Positions 31,296 to 40,079 of a DNA stretch of 64,000 bases are shown one piece after another. The notes under the pieces are model-generated. The model saw nothing but the letters and a program-made list of their open reading frames with translations. It did not search any database and had not been told where the DNA came from. The position numbers were made by a program, and so were the translations under genes. Source of the stretch: Acidimicrobiales bacterium (GTDB lineage: Bacteria; Actinomycetota; Acidimicrobiia; Acidimicrobiales; SHLQ01); assembly GCA_965216815.1 (NCBI GenBank), contig OZ244202.1, positions 3,801,335 to 3,865,334 of the forward strand, read 5' to 3'. Within the stretch, counting starts at the first letter, position 1; every line of letters begins with the position of its first letter.

Positions 31296-32437
31296 TCTCG
31301 GCGCCGTCTTTGACGGTGGGCATCGAAGAGGAATACCTGCTCGTTGACCTCGATTCCCTTGAGCTCGTGCGCGAAACGCCCGACAGGTTGCTGAGTGCTT
31401 GTGCAGAGGAGCTGGGCGAGCAGGTGGCGCCGGAGTTCCTCCAGTGTCAGATCGAGGTCGGCACCCGCCCACACACGGACGTGAGGTCGGCGATCGCGGA
31501 GCTGGCCGAGCTTCGCAGGGTGATCAGCGGCCATGCCCGCGATCACGGGTGCGGCATCGTCGCGGCGTCGACTCACCCGTCGTCGACCCACGAGGAGACC
31601 AAGCGGACCGAGCGCGAGCGATACCGTCACCTCGACGACGATCTACAGGCGGTTGTGCGCCGTTTGCTCATCTCGGGCATGCACGTGCATCTCGGCATCG
31701 AGGACTCCGATCTGCGCGTCGACTTCCTCAACCAGACGACCTACATCCTCCCCCACCTTCTTGCGCTCAGCACCTCGTCGCCGTTCTTCGAAGGGTCGCT
31801 GACCGGACTCAAGAGCTATCGGCTCGCGGTGTGGGACGAGCTGCCGCGCACCGGTCTTCCGCCCTCGTTCGACAGCTACTCCGAGTACGAGCGTCACGTC
31901 GATGTGCTCGTGGGAGCCGGCGTCATCGCCGAGGCGACGATGCTGTGGTGGGACCTACGCCCGAGTGCCCGGTATCCGACGCTCGAGATGCGGATCAGCG
32001 ACCTGTGCACTTCGATCGACGACGCCGAGTGCATCGCTACTGTTTTTCGGTGTTGGTGCCACATGTTGTGGAGGCTGCGGAAACGCAATCAGCGCTGGCG
32101 CAACTATGAGACGATGCTCATCCTCGAGAACCGTTGGCGTGCGCAGCGCTACGGCGTAACCGGGTCTCTCGTCGATTTCGGACGAGGTGAGCTGGTCGAC
32201 TACGGCGACCTGGTCGAGGAGCTCATCGAGATGTTGATGCCGGACGCCGAGGAGCTCGACTGCGTGCCGGGGCTCACCCACATGCGCACGATCGTCGAAC
32301 GCGGCACGAGCGCCGACCGACAGCTCGCCCGCTACGACGAATCGATCGGCGACGGGGCATCTCACGTCGAAGCGCTGCGCGATGTCGTATCGATGCTGCT
32401 CGACGAGACCCTCGTCCCCCCAACCCTCGAGCCCTAA
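31292..32437 (+). CDS. carboxylate-amine ligase, YbdK/GCS2 family
   Basis: LTVGIEEEYLLVD and GMHVHLGI motifs. Its ATG overlaps the amidase TGA (ATGA). Confidence 0.85.
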   Translation: MISAPSLTVGIEEEYLLVDLDSLELVRETPDRLLSACAEELGEQVAPEFLQCQIEVGTRPHTDVRSAIAELAELRRVISGHARDHGCGIVAASTHPSSTHEETKRTERERYRHLDDDLQAVVRRLLISGMHVHLGIEDSDLRVDFLNQTTYILPHLLALSTSSPFFEGSLTGLKSYRLAVWDELPRTGLPPSFDSYSEYERHVDVLVGAGVIAEATMLWWDLRPSARYPTLEMRISDLCTSIDDAECIATVFRCWCHMLWRLRKRNQRWRNYETMLILENRWRAQRYGVTGSLVDFGRGELVDYGDLVEELIEMLMPDAEELDCVPGLTHMRTIVERGTSADRQLARYDESIGDGASHVEALRDVVSMLLDETLVPPTLEP

Positions 32438-32561
32438 CCTGAGATTTCTGAACCCTAGGGGTACGCCAGAGTGCACCCCACGGTTCAGAAATCCCGAGAC
32501 CTGAGATTTCTGAACCCTAGGGGTACGCCAGAGTGCACTCCACGGTTCAGAAATCCTTAGG
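32438..32561. repeat. two tandem 62-bp units, each an AT-rich 12-bp perfect inverted repeat enclosing a GGGGT/ACCCC inner stem
   Basis: Unit 1 is 32438-32499 and unit 2 is 32500-32561. They differ at a C/T in the inner stem (a G-U-compatible change) and at about five further positions in the last 6 nt. Arms GATTTCTGAACC / GGTTCAGAAATC at 32443-54/32482-93 and 32505-16/32544-55. The element fills the gap between convergent genes. Confidence 0.85.
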
Positions 32562-32571
32562 CCTGGATTCT

Positions 32572-32922
32572 TCAGCCTTGGGTGAAGGAGTTGTAGATCT
32601 CGATAAGGGACGTGCGTTGAGCGTCGTTGAGCGCCGGGTCGGCCTCGATCGCACTGACCACGTCGCCCGTGCTCCCGTCCTGCGACTTGTCGTCGTCGAG
32701 CAGCCCGGCCTGGACGTACAGCGTCTCCGAGGAAATCTCCAGCGCACGCGCGAGTTGCTGCAGGATCTCCGCTGACGGCTTCTTGAGGCCCCGCTCGATC
32801 TGGCTGAGGTACGGGTTCGACACACCGGCGAGATCGGCCAGCCGTCGGATCGACAGCTCTGCCTGCCGCCGCTGCTCTCGGATGAACTCGCCGAGCGCCC
32901 TGTGTGAGTTCTCATCGGTCAT
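32572..32922 (-). CDS. XRE-family helix-turn-helix transcriptional regulator
   Basis: LGEFIREQRRQAELSIRRLADLAGVSNPYLSQIERGLKKPSAEILQQLARAL. Confidence 0.85.
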   Translation of the reverse strand: MTDENSHRALGEFIREQRRQAELSIRRLADLAGVSNPYLSQIERGLKKPSAEILQQLARALEISSETLYVQAGLLDDDKSQDGSTGDVVSAIEADPALNDAQRTSLIEIYNSFTQG

Positions 32923-32999
32923 GGGGTTCTATTGTCACAAAACCAGACGGCGTGCGCAGCGTCGGAAACGCTGCGCACCTCGATCGTGGCTTCGAGCGT

Positions 33000-33473
33000 T
33001 CAGCTCTTCTTCGCGGTGGGCTTCCTGGCGGTGGTCTTGCGCGCCGTCGTCTTCTTGGCTGTGGTCTTCTTGGCGGTTGTCTTCTTCACGGCGGGCTTGG
33101 TTGCACCGACGACCGACCAGGCTGCGCTGCGCTGGTCAGCGAGGAACGCAGCAACGTCCTCGGGCAGACGCGATTCGAACTGCTCGGCCATCGGGTCAAC
33201 GCTCTTGCGCCATGCTGTCGCCTGCTTGCGGGCCTGCTTGCGGGCCTTGTTCATTTCAGCGCTGAGCGACACGAGCTCGTCGAGCTCGTCGCCGGCCTTG
33301 CGGACGATCTCCTCTGCGCGATCGATCACGTCCTGCACGTTCTCACCGATCGGGCCGAGGCGGTCGACCATCTGTGAGCTGATGTCGCTGGCGGTTTCGA
33401 TCGCCTTGTCGGCGACCAAAAGGTTGATTCCGACCGCGGTGTAGGCCGAGTCCTGGATCGTTGGGTTGGGCAT
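33000..33473 (-). CDS. HbhA-like coiled-coil protein with lysine-rich KKTTA C-terminal repeats
   Basis: GGAG lies 5 nt before the ATG at 33473. Helical N-terminal part, C-terminal VKKTTAKKTTAKKTTARKTTARKPTAKKS. An XRE gene sits next to it, as with mycobacterial hbhA. The homology is inferred, not searched. Confidence 0.6.
   Translation of the reverse strand: MPNPTIQDSAYTAVGINLLVADKAIETASDISSQMVDRLGPIGENVQDVIDRAEEIVRKAGDELDELVSLSAEMNKARKQARKQATAWRKSVDPMAEQFESRLPEDVAAFLADQRSAAWSVVGATKPAVKKTTAKKTTAKKTTARKTTARKPTAKKS
33003..33089 (-). repeat. in-frame 15-nt tandem repeats encoding (K/R)KTTA units
   Basis: The plus strand shows the periodic gtcttcttggc(g/t)gt(g/t) pattern. Confidence 0.7.
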
Positions 33474-33496
33474 TGTGGCTCCGTTCGAGTCTCATG

Positions 33497-33551
33497 GTTG
33501 TCGGGATTCCGACAACTCACTGCGCTAACTATAGCAAGCGATTCGCTTGCT
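33497..33551 (-). promoter_or_regulatory. candidate promoter/operator region of the HbhA-like gene: two perfect 8-bp palindromes and a TATAGT -10-like box
   Basis: AGCAAGCG-att-CGCTTGCT (33533-33551) abuts a minus-strand TATAGT (33528-33533). GTTGTCGG-gatt-CCGACAAC (33497-33516) lies in the leader. The stretch is locally AT-rich. Confidence 0.35.
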
Positions 33552-33607
33552 GCATACTGCGCCTACGTGAAGTCGGTCACACCGTGGCAGCGCCTCCCGA
33601 AACCGGA

Positions 33608-35893
33608 TCAGCGACAGACCCCGGAGTCGACGAGCTCGGCGTAGTCGGTGGGTCCGATGCCAAGGACCTCGGCGAGCACGTCCGCAGTGTCCGCACCGAG
33701 CGGACGCGCCGACGGGGCGACGCGGGTCACGGTGCGCTCGAAACGCGTCGCGTTCCCGACGTGGCGCTCAGGACCGACTTCGATGTGCTCCAAGTCGACG
33801 AGAAACCCACGTTCGGCGAGATGAGGATCGCTCCGATGCGCCTTCGGGCCCTGAACCGCCATTGCCGACACGCCGACCTCTTGCAACGCCGCAGCTGCAG
33901 ACTCCGGATCGAGCCGAGCACTCCAGGCGGCCACCAAACCATCGACCTCGTCACGTCGAGCGACTCGCTGCCGACCGTCGAGATCGGCCAGATCGATGCG
34001 TCCGAGCAACCTGCACAGACCCTCCCACGCGGACTGCTCACCGACCGAGATCGCGAGCCAGCGATCTTCACCCGCTGCGGGATAGACGTCGTGCGGACAG
34101 ACGTCGCCGAGGCGGTTGCCGGTCGCCTCGAGACCGGAGAGCGCGTCGGTGTAGAGCTCCGCAACCAGATATGCAGCGGCCTCGGTTTGCGCCATGTCGA
34201 TCAGCTGCCCCTCGCCACTGCGGGCTCGATGATCGAGCGCTGCCACGACAGCGCATGCGAGCAGCTTTCCCGCAATGTGGTCGGGGTGGTTCATCGATGT
34301 GCCACAGGGGTACGGCGCGTCGTCATGGTTCCACAGCAGGTGAAGCCCGGCGAAACCCGAGTTCAACGGACCGAAGGCCGGCATCTCGGCCATCGGGCCC
34401 GTCCTCCCGTATCCCTGGGATGACACGTAGATGACATCGGGGTTGCCCGCGGCCACGTGATGGTGATCGAGGCCGAGCGATGCGAGAGAACCGCCCCGCT
34501 GGTTCTCCGCTACGACGTCGGCCGCCAAACACAACCGGAGCGCCAAATCGCGTCCCAGCTCGGTGCTGAGGTCGATGGCAACGCTGCGCCTACCACGGCA
34601 CTCAGCGTTGAATGCAAAGGCGCAGTTCGGGCGATCGCCACCTGCCTGGCGGAGCACGTCGGGGTGGGTCGACGACTCGATCTTGATCACGTCGGCGCCG
34701 AGCTCATAGAGCATCCACGAGAGCTCGGGCACCACGGCTGCTACGCCGAACTCGACCACACGCACGCCCGACAGCGGTAGCGCACGACCGGAATCGTCCG
34801 ACGCCTCGTGCCCAGAGCTCCACCCCTCACCCACCCAGCCGCTGCGGGTCTCCACCTCCGGTTCAGGCAGGCGGGCTGGTGTCTCGCTGAACCGCCACGG
34901 AGCACCCGCTATGGGCCCGAGATCGGGGTCGTGGGTGAAGTACTCGCGCTCGACGACCTGGGGATGTCGGACGAACTCGGCGGGGTGGTGCAGCACACCG
35001 ATAGTCGTCTCCAATTCCAGTGCCTGCTCGAACAGCTCGGCGCGAGTTCGATCGACGAGCGCGCCCTGGGCGACGACGCGAATCACGTCTGCGTTCATGA
35101 GACGGAACACGTTGTCGTTCCACTCGTCGGAGTCGAACGCGTCGGGCGAGCCGCACAGCTCGACGAACCCGCGCCACTGCTTCTCGCTTCCGATGACGGC
35201 ACGAACATACCCATCCTTGGCCGGGAGCACCCAGTAGCTCCCGTCGGCGTTGCGGGTTCCCTCGGCGGGAAAGAACGGGTTGATGTGCAAGTAGTCCTCG
35301 ATGCACACGGACCACGGGATGAGTCCAGCAAGCGCTGCCTCCTGGACCGACACCTCGACAAGGTCACCGTGGCCATGGCGCCGACGGTCGGTCACCGCAA
35401 CGATGGCGCCCACCGCGCCATGCACCGATGCACAGTCGTGTGCGAGGTGCACCGGTAACCAACACGGTGGCCGGTCGGGAAACCCGGTGGCGAACAGGGC
35501 TCCCGATGCGGCGAGGGCCGGAAGCGGATCGAGGGTCCACGTTGCCCGCGGTCCGGAGAGTCCGAGATCGCGTATGCACACCTGCACGAGCGATCGATGT
35601 CGCTCCGCCGACTCGTCGATCGACGGAAGGCCGAGCTCGTTCCGTGTCTCGGGCCGGTTGTCGATCACGACATCGGCTTGTTCGAGCCACTCCTCCAGGC
35701 TTGCGGTGGTCATCGCGAGACGCTTGTTTCGGTTTCTGACCGCAGACGCGACACCGTCGCGCCCGAGCGTGGTGCGTTCGCCGACTTCGATGCGCAACAC
35801 GTCCGCGCCCAGATCCGCGAGAATGCGACCCGCCATCGCCCCCCGCAGGTCGCATAGATCCAGCACCCGCAGCCCGGAGAGCAGAGAACCCAT
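33608..35893 (-). CDS. tandem-domain family III CoA-transferase (two CaiB/BaiF-like modules in one polypeptide)
   Basis: LSGLRVLDLCDLRGAMAGRILADLGADVLRIE at the N-terminus, and a second LSGVRVVEFGVAAVVPELSWMLYELGADVIKIES near residue 400. ATG 35893. Confidence 0.85.
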   Translation of the reverse strand: MGSLLSGLRVLDLCDLRGAMAGRILADLGADVLRIEVGERTTLGRDGVASAVRNRNKRLAMTTASLEEWLEQADVVIDNRPETRNELGLPSIDESAERHRSLVQVCIRDLGLSGPRATWTLDPLPALAASGALFATGFPDRPPCWLPVHLAHDCASVHGAVGAIVAVTDRRRHGHGDLVEVSVQEAALAGLIPWSVCIEDYLHINPFFPAEGTRNADGSYWVLPAKDGYVRAVIGSEKQWRGFVELCGSPDAFDSDEWNDNVFRLMNADVIRVVAQGALVDRTRAELFEQALELETTIGVLHHPAEFVRHPQVVEREYFTHDPDLGPIAGAPWRFSETPARLPEPEVETRSGWVGEGWSSGHEASDDSGRALPLSGVRVVEFGVAAVVPELSWMLYELGADVIKIESSTHPDVLRQAGGDRPNCAFAFNAECRGRRSVAIDLSTELGRDLALRLCLAADVVAENQRGGSLASLGLDHHHVAAGNPDVIYVSSQGYGRTGPMAEMPAFGPLNSGFAGLHLLWNHDDAPYPCGTSMNHPDHIAGKLLACAVVAALDHRARSGEGQLIDMAQTEAAAYLVAELYTDALSGLEATGNRLGDVCPHDVYPAAGEDRWLAISVGEQSAWEGLCRLLGRIDLADLDGRQRVARRDEVDGLVAAWSARLDPESAAAALQEVGVSAMAVQGPKAHRSDPHLAERGFLVDLEHIEVGPERHVGNATRFERTVTRVAPSARPLGADTADVLAEVLGIGPTDYAELVDSGVCR

Positions 35894-35996
35894 GGTCGGC
35901 GACACTACGGCCCCGGCCATGCCAAGTCGAAGGCAGGGTCTAGTTGCCTCAGCCGATCTACGATCGAATGCTCCGGCTATGACGAAGGAAGCGCCG

Positions 35997-36878
35997 ATGA
36001 GATTCAACTATGCGGAGTCGATGATCGACCCGACCTTCTACATCCCGCTCGCACAGGCTGTCGAAGAGGCCGGGTTCGACGGCTTCGTCGTTCCCGACAG
36101 CATCTGCTATCCGGAGGTCTCGGACTCGACGTATCCCTACACGCCCGATGGCAACCGTGAGTTTCTCGAGGACCGCCCGTTCATCGATCCGTTCACTCTC
36201 ATCCCGGCGATGGCCGCGGGCACCGAGCGCATCCGCTTCAACACCTTCGTCGTGAAACTCCCGATCCGCCATCCGGTTCTCGTCGCGAAGCAAGCCATTT
36301 CGGTGGCGGTGATGTCGGGCAACCGGTTCGGTTTCGGTGTCGGCTCGAGCCCGTGGCCCGACGACTACGAGATCTGCGACGTGCCCTGGCAGCGGCGCGG
36401 CAAGAGAATGGATGAGATGATCGAAATAATCAGGGGCCTCGGCCAGGGCGACTACTTCTCCTACGACGGCGAGATCTTCGACGTGCCGTCGATCAAGATC
36501 ACACCGACGCCCACCGAGCCGATCCCGATCCTCATCGGCGGCCACGGCCCCCGTGCTCTCGACCGCGCCGCTCGCGTCGGCGACGGTTGGATGCACGCTG
36601 GTGGCGACGCCGAGTCTCTGGGTGACTACCTAGCAACGCTGCGCGATCTGCGGGCTGAACACGGCAGAAGCGACCTCCCGTTCGAGGTACACGTCATCAG
36701 CCTCGACGCCTACAGCCTCGATGGCATCGAGAAACTCGAGGACCTCGGCGTAACCGACGTGATCGTCGGGTTCCGAGACAGCTACCAACCGGGGCCCGAC
36801 ACGCAGTCACTTCAGGAGAAGATCGATGCGCTCGGCTGGTACGGCGAGGAGATCATCTCGCGGGTCGATCCGAGATGA
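35997..36878 (+). CDS. LLM-class (luciferase-like) oxidoreductase, probably F420-dependent
   Basis: AGGAAG lies 6 nt before the ATG at 35997. MRFNYAES...AEEAGFDGFVVPDS...GFGVG...PILIGGHG pattern. Confidence 0.75.
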   Translation: MRFNYAESMIDPTFYIPLAQAVEEAGFDGFVVPDSICYPEVSDSTYPYTPDGNREFLEDRPFIDPFTLIPAMAAGTERIRFNTFVVKLPIRHPVLVAKQAISVAVMSGNRFGFGVGSSPWPDDYEICDVPWQRRGKRMDEMIEIIRGLGQGDYFSYDGEIFDVPSIKITPTPTEPIPILIGGHGPRALDRAARVGDGWMHAGGDAESLGDYLATLRDLRAEHGRSDLPFEVHVISLDAYSLDGIEKLEDLGVTDVIVGFRDSYQPGPDTQSLQEKIDALGWYGEEIISRVDPR

Positions 36879-37189
36879 GCGTTCCGGTTGCGCCCGAGGA
36901 GATCGAGGCGGTCGCAGGGGCCCGACCCGGCCCCGTATACCTCCTGACGGTCAGAGACGAGTCCCCGCGCGCTCTCAGCGTCGATCCCGAGTTCGGCGGG
37001 GCCATACGATGCACCGTCGGCTCGGGAACCGCCGGCGCTGCGAAGCCAGGCGATCGGGTCACTCTGCTGTGGGGTGTGCCCGACGACAAAGGCCTCGCGC
37101 TCATCGCCGACGGCCGAATTGACGCGATCGACGGACTCGTGCTGGTGATCGAACCCGACCGAGCCGTGCTCCATCGGACACAGCAATAG
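36875..37189 (+). CDS. hypothetical protein
   Basis: 104-aa ORF whose ATG overlaps the upstream TGA (ATGA). I did not recognise a family. Confidence 0.5.
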   Translation: MSVPVAPEEIEAVAGARPGPVYLLTVRDESPRALSVDPEFGGAIRCTVGSGTAGAAKPGDRVTLLWGVPDDKGLALIADGRIDAIDGLVLVIEPDRAVLHRTQQ

Positions 37190-37190
37190 G

Positions 37191-39149
37191 TCAGTCGATT
37201 TCGACCCAGCCGTTCGCGTGGGGCGGGTCGGCTGCATCGAATCGTGCCGCTACGGCGGGACGTTGGATGCATCCTCCACCGAGGACCCCTTCACGCCACA
37301 ACCCGGCGCGGTCGCCCACCTGGTAGGTGTCGGCGCCGCCCGTCGTCGCAATCGGTGCCATCAACTGAGTCGGTCCGGCGTGTGCGAGTCCGACCGCGTG
37401 GCCCAGCTCGTGCAACAGGACAGGACCTGCGCCTCCCGACTCCCAATCGGGTGTGCCCGAGGTGTCGAAGGTGTCGACCACGACCGATGCCAGCACCCAC
37501 TCGGCAAAGCCACCTCCCGGACGAACCCACGCGACGTTCGCGCGGCCGACGATCGTGCCGCCGACGAGGTCGGTGTCGGCGTCGGATCCGAAGGCGATTA
37601 TCAACTCGTTCGTACCCGAGCGATCGAAGCCCTGCTGCGGCGAGTTGTCGTGAGGTGACGCCGAGGTCGGCATGAACGCGCTATCGCCGACCGGGGTGAA
37701 CACGAGGCCCGTTGCTGCTGACAGGCGATCGAGCGCCTCTCGAACGATCTCGACATACCGTCCGCGTTGCCCGTTGTAGTTCACCGAGTAGCGGATCGCC
37801 CGGCACGGATCCCAGCGCACCGGGGTGCCCGCCCGCGAGTCCGAGCGAATGACCGGGCCCTCGTGCGCCAGCGAGAAGAGATAGTCATTCGAAGGAGGTG
37901 GTGCTCCAGGGTTCGCCAGCGGCACGTGCGGCGGTAGCTGAGCGGGCTGCGGCTTGCCGGTGAAGTATCCCGAGATGTCGGCGACGACGTGCGACCCCTT
38001 CTGCGTGAAGAGGGCGAAGCCGTGTGGGCTCACCGGAGTCACGACGTGGTTGGCGATCGTCTGCCCCTGTGCCGATGCGTTGAGGCTCGACGAGAGCGGC
38101 CGATAGCGACGGCTGGCCCAGGCCGCGAAATAGCCTTCGGAGGCGGTCTGGGTGGCGGTGAGGTTGACCACTGCGGCGGCTACTCCCCCATCGGGCAGAC
38201 CGGCGCGCCCTCGCACGGGGACCCCGATCGTGGTGCTTCGACCGGGCCGGGGCCCTGAACGGGTATCGACGAGGCGCGACGGGGTCACCGCGACGAACCT
38301 GCCGTCCCCGGAGACCGGCGCATCGGGACCCGTGAAGGAACCGACTACGTCGACGACGAGATGGCCGCCGCGCTGTGCGTACACCTCGAACCGACCATCG
38401 ACCAGCCCCACGATGACCTGGTTGGCGATGGTCTGACCGCCGAACTCGACGTTGAGGTTGCTCGCGTTGGGCCGCTCTTGTCCGGCAGGATGCACCGTCC
38501 AGAACCCGGGCTCGTTCGCGTCGTCGACGGTCACCTTCAGCACAGCCGCAGAAGTCTTGCGTGTGACGCCGGCTGTTCCGGCGAGGTCGATGGTGCGCGA
38601 TTCGCGAACACCGAGTCGACCGCCCGCCTCGCGCGTGTCGAGCACCCGGGTCGGGGCCGTAGGGACCAGCCGACCGGCTGAGTCGGGTGCGGACGGCGCG
38701 TAGTAGCCCTGCACGTCGAGGATGAGATCGGCGCTCTTCTGCGCGTACAACGACACCGCTCCGCCGGCTCCGACCGGGACGGTCACGAGGTTTGCCAGCG
38801 TCTGGTCTCCACCTTCGGGGTTGATCGTCGATGCAAGCGGACGCGGCCCACCCGTCGGCCATGCGGTGACGAACCCGGCGTCGCTCGTGTTGGTGACGGT
38901 CAGGTTCGCCACGACCGCCGTCGCGTCGGGCGGAACCCCTGCCTTCCCCGCGACGACGACCTCGACGGTGCCCCGGTCCCCAGGGCGGTTGGCGCCCAGC
39001 GAAGACCGCGTGTCGAGCACGCGGTGGGGCTTCAGCGCTGTGTAGACGGCCGCGGCGCTATCGGGTTCAGCACCCGAACCAGAGTCGGGCGAGACAGTCA
39101 ACGTTGCCAGGACGAGCGCCGCGGCAACCCCGGCTGCGAGACGGGACAC
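37191..39149 (-). CDS. secreted protein: three LDTR-type repeats fused to a metzincin (HExxHxxGxxH) zinc protease domain
   Basis: Signal peptide AAGVAAALVLATLTV. Three repeats (VLDTR / VLDTR / LVDTR ... RP.AS ... D..GY). C-terminus RWDPCRAIRYSV...VLLHELGHAVGLAH. The GTG at 39149 overlaps the upstream TAG (TAGTG). The ORF is open to 39239. Confidence 0.8.
   Translation of the reverse strand: MSRLAAGVAAALVLATLTVSPDSGSGAEPDSAAAVYTALKPHRVLDTRSSLGANRPGDRGTVEVVVAGKAGVPPDATAVVANLTVTNTSDAGFVTAWPTGGPRPLASTINPEGGDQTLANLVTVPVGAGGAVSLYAQKSADLILDVQGYYAPSAPDSAGRLVPTAPTRVLDTREAGGRLGVRESRTIDLAGTAGVTRKTSAAVLKVTVDDANEPGFWTVHPAGQERPNASNLNVEFGGQTIANQVIVGLVDGRFEVYAQRGGHLVVDVVGSFTGPDAPVSGDGRFVAVTPSRLVDTRSGPRPGRSTTIGVPVRGRAGLPDGGVAAAVVNLTATQTASEGYFAAWASRRYRPLSSSLNASAQGQTIANHVVTPVSPHGFALFTQKGSHVVADISGYFTGKPQPAQLPPHVPLANPGAPPPSNDYLFSLAHEGPVIRSDSRAGTPVRWDPCRAIRYSVNYNGQRGRYVEIVREALDRLSAATGLVFTPVGDSAFMPTSASPHDNSPQQGFDRSGTNELIIAFGSDADTDLVGGTIVGRANVAWVRPGGGFAEWVLASVVVDTFDTSGTPDWESGGAGPVLLHELGHAVGLAHAGPTQLMAPIATTGGADTYQVGDRAGLWREGVLGGGCIQRPAVAARFDAADPPHANGWVEID
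37959..39044 (-). repeat. three tandem roughly 120-aa LDTR-type domain repeats (protein level)
   Basis: Repeat starts YTALKPHRVLDTR, LVPTAPTRVLDTR and FVAVTPSRLVDTR. Each ends with D(V/I).G(Y/S)(Y/F). Confidence 0.7.
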
Positions 39150-40045
39150 TAGGCGCCCGTGTCGCAGTCTTCGGGACGTCCCGAGTCGTAGCCGACCATG
39201 AACCAACGTTGCCTCTGTTCGGAGGATCCGTGGGTCCATTGCTCAGGGTTCACGCGACCGGTCGTGCGCTCTTGGATTCGGTCGTCGCCGACAGCAGCGG
39301 CTGCGTCGAGTGCAAGGGCGATATCGCGCTCGCTGAGCTCGACGATGAGCGGTTCACCGAGCGTTGGGTCGTCGACGGTCGTGGCGTGATGGGTCCAGAC
39401 ACCGGCATAGCAGTCCGCCTGAAGCTCGAGCGCGATGAGCGAACGATTGTCGCCTCGCTGGTGTGCTCGCTGGCTCGCGCCAACGATGTTCTGGACGTGA
39501 TGTCCGTATTCGTGTCCCAGAACGTATGCCTCGGCGAACAAGCCGCCCTCGGCCCCGAAGCGCGACTCGAGCTCGTCGAAGAATCCGAGATCGACGTAGA
39601 CGCCTTCGCCCGCCGGGCAGTAGAAGGGCCCAACAGCGGAGCTCGCCGTGCCGCAGCCGGTCGAGACCTGACCGGTGAAGAAGGTCGTGGTCGCCGGACG
39701 ATACGAAAAGCCGTAATTCGGTGCTGCCTCGGTCCAGTAGTCCTGGATGCTGTTGATCGCTGCGACCAACGCGCATTCGCGGTGCTCGTTCGCATCGGCG
39801 CCTGTCTGGCAGGTCTCGCCGAGATCGCTCTCCGGTGCGGGCCCTGACGGTCCGACCGATTGCTGGTTCAGGTCGTCGAGCGCAGCGGGCAGCCCTCCGC
39901 CGGCGTTGCCGCCCATCAGCATCATCAGTACGACGACGATGATGCCCATGATCCCGCCGCCGGCGGCGAGAGTGCCGCCGCTCGGCATCCCCCGCTTGTC
40001 CGAAACCTCGGATGTGTCGAGCCGTCCCCGGCGGTTGAACTTCAC
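39149..40045 (-). CDS. neutral zinc metallopeptidase, YpfJ-like, membrane-anchored
   Basis: MKFNRRGRLDTSEVSDKRG N-terminus, a TM helix, and YVLGHEYGHHVQN (HExxH). Confidence 0.85.
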   Translation of the reverse strand: MKFNRRGRLDTSEVSDKRGMPSGGTLAAGGGIMGIIVVVLMMLMGGNAGGGLPAALDDLNQQSVGPSGPAPESDLGETCQTGADANEHRECALVAAINSIQDYWTEAAPNYGFSYRPATTTFFTGQVSTGCGTASSAVGPFYCPAGEGVYVDLGFFDELESRFGAEGGLFAEAYVLGHEYGHHVQNIVGASQRAHQRGDNRSLIALELQADCYAGVWTHHATTVDDPTLGEPLIVELSERDIALALDAAAAVGDDRIQERTTGRVNPEQWTHGSSEQRQRWFMVGYDSGRPEDCDTGA

Positions 40046-40079
40046 GCTGTGCCCTCCGTAGTGGGAAAAGAGGCTACCC

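Noticed and set aside
32482-32493. A GGTTCAGAAATCC string resembling a tRNA T-arm (a possible tRNA or att-site fragment).
   Set aside because: It does not match GGTTCGAATCC, no acceptor, D or anticodon arms can be drawn, and it is simply the 3' arm of the palindrome.
32438-32561. The possibility that the 62-bp repeats are a CRISPR array.
   Set aside because: There are only two units, directly abutting with no spacers, and no cas genes in the window.
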